A stretch of 31,496 nt of DNA from a virus (Duplodnaviria > Caudoviricetes): positions 1-31,496 of the IMG/VR virus record IMGVR_UViG_3300018428_007035. The stretch is one strand, 5' to 3'. Positions 26,301 through 31,496 of this stretch are shown piece by piece; within the stretch, counting starts at the first letter, position 1, and each line of letters opens with the position of its first letter. Under the pieces are notes generated by a model, which saw only the letters and a list, made by a program, of their open reading frames with translations, was not told the DNA's origin and did no database searches. The position numbers were made by a program, and so were the translations under genes.

Positions 26301-27112
26301 TTTTTGTATGCAGATATTAACCCATCCGTTTTCTCTGGGTAATATACTATTAAAAAATTATTTTGCTGAGAAAAATCAGAATCAACGCTCTTGGCAAATG
26401 CAGCCGCTTCTTTTTCTTGCCATAAAGGAAATTTCCTCCAGCAGTTTTCACGTAAAATAGTTCTATCTAGATTAATCAAAACAGTAAAGTTGTTTTTGTT
26501 TAATATCTCTAGCATTTCATAATGCTGCTCTACACAATGAGTGGCTATAAATAATGATTTGATCGAAGAGTCTAGAAGGGAAAAATCATCAAGTTGCTTT
26601 ATTAACGGGTATTCTGAACCTTGAATATCCATGTGTAAGACATCAATTACACCATTTGGAGATTGATTGTATATATCTTTTATGAAATCGATTTGAAACC
26701 CTCTTGGGTTAGGGTCGCTAACGAAACCATGATGAACAGGATCGAGCGATTGATCCAAAGGGAAAATAGAGCCCCAGCAGTACTGGCGATCAAGGCTATT
26801 TAAGTCGAAATTCATAAGTCCTACGCTTAAGCAGCCTAAATCAGGCTCTAAAACAAGATTTTTACCTGAAGGGAAAATTTTTCTGAAAACAATCGAGGCT
26901 AGTGCCCAATGGCAACCAAGCTCAATCATAAAAGGGTCTTTTTGATTGTCTATGTGACTTAAAAGGTCGCAAAATTGCTCGTACTCTTTATGTGTAGGCG
27001 CTCCACTTCCCGGGAAAGGTTCTACACAACTAACAGTATCAGCAACTAGATTAATTTTATGATCAAGGCCTTTATAAGAAAAAGTCCATTCAGATACAGG
27101 GGTTTTATTCAT
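26297..27112 (-). CDS. FkbM-family methyltransferase
   Basis: MIELGCHWA, VLEPD, IDVLHMDIQGSE, LFIATH, DG. Confidence 0.78.
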   Translation of the reverse strand: MNKTPVSEWTFSYKGLDHKINLVADTVSCVEPFPGSGAPTHKEYEQFCDLLSHIDNQKDPFMIELGCHWALASIVFRKIFPSGKNLVLEPDLGCLSVGLMNFDLNSLDRQYCWGSIFPLDQSLDPVHHGFVSDPNPRGFQIDFIKDIYNQSPNGVIDVLHMDIQGSEYPLIKQLDDFSLLDSSIKSLFIATHCVEQHYEMLEILNKNNFTVLINLDRTILRENCWRKFPLWQEKEAAAFAKSVDSDFSQQNNFLIVYYPEKTDGLISAYKK

Positions 27113-27893
27113 TATGAAATATTTTTTTATTTATTAAATCTCTTGTTGTGTAAAATGCCATTATAGGAGAAGCGTATCTTTTGTACCAGTGTTTGCAATT
27201 GTCAGACATTATTTGCCATTGCTCTTCAGTGCAATTTTTAATTTTTTCTTTTGCTTCTTTTGGGTTGTTGGCGTACAAATAGTGAACATTTTCTTTTAAA
27301 GGGAAAGCATAATTGTTGAAAGTTTTCCAAGTAAAAATAGGAACCACGCCAAGAGCAATATATTCAATGTCTCTTTGGCATTTTGGGCCATACCCTTCCA
27401 AGCATAAGCCAAATTTGGCGTTGCTAATTTTCTGAAGAAATTCATCATTTGTATATTTATGTACTTTTTCTTTAAATAAAGCGTCATTAAAATCATACTC
27501 CTCAATAGCTAAATCCCAGTCATACTTAGTTCTGTTAACATATTGAACTGGATTTTCAGCTGCGCCTATAAAAATAGAATTTATACTTCTATTATCATAA
27601 GATTTAGATTTATGGCCGTTTACAAAAGCTTCTAATTTCTTTGGGTGCCTAGCCCAGTATATCCAAGGAAAAGCGTTAGGTTGATCTAACGAATCATTGG
27701 CAAAAAACCCAATATCAAAATCTGGAACATCTTTACATCTATCATGCTCATGTAATAAAACTTTTTTGTCGCAATCAAGCCAACTATATTGATCTTCGGA
27801 AGATTCGACTTCGCAGAGTTTGTTTTCTTCCCAGATATCTAAAAGTTCTTGAAAAGAATCTTTCCATTTAACTTTAGATCTAAAAATTTTCAT
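27105..27893 (-). CDS. GT-B glycosyltransferase (exostosin/GT47-like)
   Basis: SIFIG, ISNAKFGLCLEGYGPKCQRDIEYIALGVVPI, PLKENVHY. Confidence 0.72.
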   Translation of the reverse strand: MKIFRSKVKWKDSFQELLDIWEENKLCEVESSEDQYSWLDCDKKVLLHEHDRCKDVPDFDIGFFANDSLDQPNAFPWIYWARHPKKLEAFVNGHKSKSYDNRSINSIFIGAAENPVQYVNRTKYDWDLAIEEYDFNDALFKEKVHKYTNDEFLQKISNAKFGLCLEGYGPKCQRDIEYIALGVVPIFTWKTFNNYAFPLKENVHYLYANNPKEAKEKIKNCTEEQWQIMSDNCKHWYKRYASPIMAFYTTRDLINKKIFHNE

Positions 27894-28713
27894 TACTAAG
27901 CCTTTTTATCTCATGCATTGTGACATGATCTTCTTTTCTGTTTTTAGCTCTAGAGTCAAGTAATTGAACCAAAACTTTCTTTATGCCCATTTTGTCATAT
28001 GAGTGACTATCATCTTTAAAAAAATGAAAATGAAAACTTTTTATGCTTTTGTTTTCCCACACAATGTCCGGGCCAGATCTTAACTTGCTAACATTACCGC
28101 CGAAAGCTTTAGACATAAACTTCCACCATCCAAAATTATAACTAATAGGAAGATTCAATGTGTTGAATGATCTAATGACAGCTTCTAAAGGTTTTTGTTC
28201 GTAATACAAATTTAGTTCCTCATGATGATCGTAAAGTTTTTTCCATATTTTGAGAAAAGACTTATTGAAGATTAAAGCAAACCCGCAATTAAAAAACCCA
28301 ACTTCTGCTTCGTTTGCAAAACCGTCTGAGTAATGGGGTGTTAAAGCTGCATCATAAAATTTACCACCCTGTAAAACTTCATTATCTATTTTGTTAACAA
28401 AGATATGATCTACATCACACCACAAAACAGGATTGTCGGGCGAAATATCTTGAGACAAAGCGATATCAAACTTTTTGGATATAACATTTTTAAAAGATTG
28501 TTTTTTAGATGAATCGGAAGATACATGGTCGCCATCTTGTATTTCTTCGAAAAAATGCGAAGATACATTTTTGAAATTGCCATCTATATAGTTATGACAA
28601 TATCTGTCTGTTCCTACCACTATGGAAGAATCAGGATGGTAAAGCTCAAAGGTTTTCTTCATTAAAAGAAAATCCTTCAGACAGCTTTTGGTTACCACTG
28701 TTGTTAGTATCAT
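27880..28713 (-). CDS. GT-A glycosyltransferase (GT8/GT77-like)
   Basis: VLWCDVDHIF, LTPHY, GFFNCGF, YEQKPLE, YNFGWW, SFHFH. Confidence 0.75.
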   Translation of the reverse strand: MILTTVVTKSCLKDFLLMKKTFELYHPDSSIVVGTDRYCHNYIDGNFKNVSSHFFEEIQDGDHVSSDSSKKQSFKNVISKKFDIALSQDISPDNPVLWCDVDHIFVNKIDNEVLQGGKFYDAALTPHYSDGFANEAEVGFFNCGFALIFNKSFLKIWKKLYDHHEELNLYYEQKPLEAVIRSFNTLNLPISYNFGWWKFMSKAFGGNVSKLRSGPDIVWENKSIKSFHFHFFKDDSHSYDKMGIKKVLVQLLDSRAKNRKEDHVTMHEIKRLSNENF

Positions 28714-29431
28714 TTCTGTATAAATCCCTTACTTTATTAACTTCTAAGATTAATTCTTGAAGTTTCTCCTTGTTTGTAGAAATTCCATTTGGATTTTCGT
28801 AATACAAACCTACAACCTCATTAACAAACTTCATGTTAGCGCCACCTTTACATGCCCTTAGCCACATATCAGTGTCAGAAGCAGTCATGTACTCTTCATT
28901 GAAATACCCAAACCTATCATGCAAATCTTTTCTCCATATAGGCATACAATGTGGAGAATTATTCTTAAGCAAATTATCAAATGAGTGGTCTAAGCAAGGA
29001 TAAAAAGTTTTACTGCCAGATGTATCCCAACGGTCATTTTCTTTTTGAGTAACTAAAGTTTTTCCATAAACTAAATCCAAATTACTTTTAGAAATTTTAT
29101 CTAACAAAACCTCTAAAGACCAAGGTGTTTTTCTATCGTCAACATTCCAATTTCCTATATATTCTTCGTTTGACCACTGAACACATGTATTCCACGCTGA
29201 ATAAACGCCGTTGTCTTTATCTAGCCTCCTGTACTGAATGTTTGAATATTTCGAACAATAATCTTTTATGATTTCATACTCATTCTCAGGGGATGCACAA
29301 TCTAAAATGTAAAACTTCGTTGTTTTAAAAATAGTCTGCTCTAATACATTCTCAAGATACTCTTTTATAAATTTTTTACCTTTAAAAAGAGGGCAGAAAA
29401 CGCCTAGAGTATTAGCTTGACTTTTTGGCAT
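28646..29431 (-). CDS. GT2-family glycosyltransferase
   Basis: FCPLFKG..LEQT, ILDCASPENE, GVYSAWN, NWNVDDR, FGYFNE..SDTDMWLR. Confidence 0.88.
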   Translation of the reverse strand: MPKSQANTLGVFCPLFKGKKFIKEYLENVLEQTIFKTTKFYILDCASPENEYEIIKDYCSKYSNIQYRRLDKDNGVYSAWNTCVQWSNEEYIGNWNVDDRKTPWSLEVLLDKISKSNLDLVYGKTLVTQKENDRWDTSGSKTFYPCLDHSFDNLLKNNSPHCMPIWRKDLHDRFGYFNEEYMTASDTDMWLRACKGGANMKFVNEVVGLYYENPNGISTNKEKLQELILEVNKVRDLYRNDTNNSGNQKLSEGFSFNEENL

Positions 29432-29444
29432 AAATAACTATCAT
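29417..29444 (+). promoter_or_regulatory. Sigma70-type promoter for the leaderless 29452 gene
   Basis: TTGACT (29417-29422), 16-nt spacer, TATCAT (29439-29444), ATG 7 nt later. Confidence 0.55.
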
Positions 29445-29451
29445 AGTTTCT

Positions 29452-29751
29452 ATGATTAGAAAACTTTCAAGCAAAAAAAAGTTTTTTTTGGTTTCTTGTA
29501 GTGACTGGGAAACTGTAACGTTATCGGAAAGCAAAGAAATTGCAGCTGTCGAAGGAATGAGACTGGCCCATCATAAACTTGGTGAATCCATGAATTTATC
29601 ATCAGTAGTTGTAGTGAGTGATATTTCTGAATTAGAAAATTCTGATACGTATAATCCTGAGATCTTTGATGCTCCGGCTGTTCTATTGGACGCTGGTCAA
29701 AATCAGCTTTCAAATCAGCTGGCAACGATTCTCAAAAAAAATCACTTTTGA
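29452..29751 (+). CDS. Hypothetical protein (99 aa)
   Basis: ATG start, fits between two promoters, co-directional with dut. Confidence 0.7.
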   Translation: MIRKLSSKKKFFLVSCSDWETVTLSESKEIAAVEGMRLAHHKLGESMNLSSVVVVSDISELENSDTYNPEIFDAPAVLLDAGQNQLSNQLATILKKNHF

Positions 29752-29752
29752 G

Positions 29753-29781
29753 TTGACAGCTATTTTTTAAAGACATATAAT
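29753..29781 (+). promoter_or_regulatory. Perfect-consensus sigma70 promoter
   Basis: TTGACA (29753-29758), 17-nt spacer, TATAAT (29776-29781). Confidence 0.88.
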
Positions 29782-29859
29782 ATCTATTAGATATAGGTAA
29801 CCAATGAAAAGACCTGTAAGGCCCAAGGGCAAAGTATTCCTTAAGACATAGGGACCCAT

Positions 29860-29910
29860 TAGACCCTAGATACCTGTAGTACTTAGATAACCGTAGATCC
29901 TAGATAGAAT
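29860..29910 (+). repeat. Three imperfect 17-bp tandem repeats ending at the dut start
   Basis: TAGACCCTAGATACCTG / TAGTACTTAGATAACCG / TAGATCCTAGATAGAAT. Confidence 0.6.
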
Positions 29911-30418
29911 GATTGTACAAGTAAATACTGACATAGAAAATCCAAAAATCAAGCGCCCCGCACATCAAGGTGATGCAGGTTACGATCTTATTGCGGATTC
30001 AGAGCCAAAAATCTTTGGAACTCCAAAAGGAAAAAGTAAATCTATTTTTAAAGAAATTTTTTATATTGAATACGATACCAGTGTTAAAATCGCCCCTGAC
30101 GATTCAATGTATTCATACATATTTCCAAGAAGCTCTATCTCAAAACACAATTTAGCTTTAGCTAATTCTGTAGGCGTTATTGACACCGGATACAGGGATT
30201 CAATCAAACTCAGGTTTAAATATATTGCTCAACCATCTGACTATATTATCGAAGAAGGAAAACTTTTTCTTGAAGTGAATAAAGAAAAAATATATTCAAA
30301 AGGAGAAAAGATAGCTCAATTGATCTGGGCCATCCATCATCATCCTCATATCGAGTTCAACTCAAATTTGCCTATATCAGACAGAATGATTGGTGGATTT
30401 GGAAGCACAGGAGCATGA
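29909..30418 (+). CDS. dut: Trimeric dUTPase
   Basis: GDAGYDL, PRSSIS, NSVGVIDTGYR, KIAQL, RMIGGFGSTG. Confidence 0.93.
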   Translation: MIVQVNTDIENPKIKRPAHQGDAGYDLIADSEPKIFGTPKGKSKSIFKEIFYIEYDTSVKIAPDDSMYSYIFPRSSISKHNLALANSVGVIDTGYRDSIKLRFKYIAQPSDYIIEEGKLFLEVNKEKIYSKGEKIAQLIWAIHHHPHIEFNSNLPISDRMIGGFGSTGA

Positions 30419-30975
30419 ATAAAATTATTGGTATTTGCGGTTTTGCTAGAAGCGGGAAAGATAGTTTCGCTAATTTTCTAACTAATTGTTTTCCGGGCAA
30501 AGTCAAAAAAGCCAGTTTAGCTTATGAGCTAAAAAAAGATTTAGATCCCTTCTTGATTAAAAAAATAGGAATATCCGCCTTTACGGAAGAACCAAAACAA
30601 AAAGAAATTATTCGTCCACTGCTTATATCGTGGGGCACAGATGTTATAAGGAACAACTTCAGCAAAAATTACTGGATTGAAAAAATTAATAAAAAAGTAG
30701 TTGAAAATTTTAATTTAGGTTTTATTACAATAATTCCAGATGTTCGTTTTAAAAACGAAATAGAGTGGGTCAAGCAAAATGGTGTATCAATATATATTGA
30801 ACGTCAAGATTGTTTCCCCGTAGGCTCTATAGAAAACGAAACTGCAGAATTAAAAAGTATGGCAGACTATGTGTTTGAATGGTCTAAAATGAAAAATTTT
30901 GAGCATTCTGGTCTAAACATGGTCAAAGATTTTTCCAACCAAAACTTATTATGGCTCAAGAGCAAAGCGACATAG
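30415..30975 (+). CDS. Deoxynucleoside monophosphate kinase (phage type)
   Basis: IIGICGFARSGKDS, RPLL..WGTDVIR, IIPDVRFKNE. Confidence 0.85.
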   Translation: MNKIIGICGFARSGKDSFANFLTNCFPGKVKKASLAYELKKDLDPFLIKKIGISAFTEEPKQKEIIRPLLISWGTDVIRNNFSKNYWIEKINKKVVENFNLGFITIIPDVRFKNEIEWVKQNGVSIYIERQDCFPVGSIENETAELKSMADYVFEWSKMKNFEHSGLNMVKDFSNQNLLWLKSKAT

Positions 30976-31496
30976 AATTAATAGAAAATTTAAAAGAAAG
31001 CCATTGCCAAGATGCTTTATCAGAATTGATAAATAGGCATAGCGGTATATTTTACGATATAGTAAATCACTATTTTCCAATCAACAATAAAATGGCTGGT
31101 AGAGAAGAAATTCTAGATGACATGGAATTTCTTTTTTACAAATCTTCAATTCGTTACGATCAAACAAAAGGAGCAAAGTTTAGCACTTTCCTTGGTAACG
31201 AAACAAAGTGGTATTGTTTGAATTATTACAATAAAAATAAAAAATACTTTAACGCTTCAGAAAAACAATCTAAATATTTAGAAGACGAAGCTATGTATAC
31301 TATTAAAAACTTTATCATAAATCCTAAAACAGTTGATAAAGTATTTACAATCATCAAAGCTCACCCGGATTACCGTGTTCATAAAATTTTTCAAATGCGG
31401 TATCTAGACCCAGAATATAATAAACTTACACCTTGGAGAAAAGTTGGTAAAAATTTAAACTTATCAATTCAGGGTTGCATTAATATTCATAACCAA
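30951..31496 (+). CDS. Sigma-70 family RNA polymerase sigma factor (partial, runs off the window)
   Basis: Not in ORF track. MAQEQSDIELIENLK..DALSELINRHSG; region 2 YDQTKGAKFSTF..KWYCLN; region 4 RVHKIFQMRYL..TPWRKVGKNLNLSIQGCINIHNQ. Confidence 0.85.
   Translation, partial: MAQEQSDIELIENLKESHCQDALSELINRHSGIFYDIVNHYFPINNKMAGREEILDDMEFLFYKSSIRYDQTKGAKFSTFLGNETKWYCLNYYNKNKKYFNASEKQSKYLEDEAMYTIKNFIINPKTVDKVFTIIKAHPDYRVHKIFQMRYLDPEYNKLTPWRKVGKNLNLSIQGCINIHNQ

Noticed and set aside
28646-28713. 68-nt overlap between two glycosyltransferase genes
   Set aside because: The upstream tail is low-information and looks like simple stop-codon drift; no frameshift signal was seen.
16916-30155. Alternative-frame or antisense ORFs 16916-17119, 27296-27505, 29456-29725, 29970-30155
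   Set aside because: Nested in better-supported genes, with no recognisable features.
1-31496. Eukaryotic giant virus or bacterial chromosome origin; tRNA/rRNA genes
   Set aside because: DnaE, DnaB, DnaG, sigma70 promoters and coupled operons exclude an NCLDV. Divergent clustered replication genes and the phage-type dNMP kinase favour a phage, although no virion gene is in view. No gap showed a tRNA-like pattern.

Overview
AT-rich, densely packed segment that looks like part of a large dsDNA bacteriophage genome. The evidence is a phage-style replication module, nucleotide metabolism genes, a phage sigma factor and ATGA/TAATG-coupled genes without Shine-Dalgarno sites; no virion genes are recognisable. 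Minus strand 9626->1 is a replication/recombination operon: RecA/UvsX-like recombinase, Vsr-like nuclease, DnaB-type helicase, Cys-less DnaG-type primase, Cas4/RecB-like exonuclease and a fragmented family-C polymerase. The polymerase region consists of a stand-alone degenerate PHP domain, a SET-domain protein, a DEDDh exonuclease and a DnaE core that ends in the N-half of a split intein. The intein half is followed by a different, unannotated ORF rather than by the intein C-half. 9722-11498 holds three phage hypothetical proteins. 11546-29431 is a roughly 15-kb cluster of soluble glycan-building enzymes: 8 glycosyltransferase-like, 3 methyltransferases, glf, gmd, fcl, two GHMP kinase/nucleotidyltransferase sets and a truncated sulfotransferase. 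A ribonucleotide reductase pair with class Id (Mn/Mn) hallmarks interrupts it. The plus strand from 29452 has a hypothetical, dUTPase, dNMP kinase and a partial sigma-70-family factor missing from the ORF track. Near-consensus sigma70 promoters coexist with a recurring intergenic AGTGTA motif that may be read by the phage sigma. All calls come from motif recognition by eye; no searches were run.
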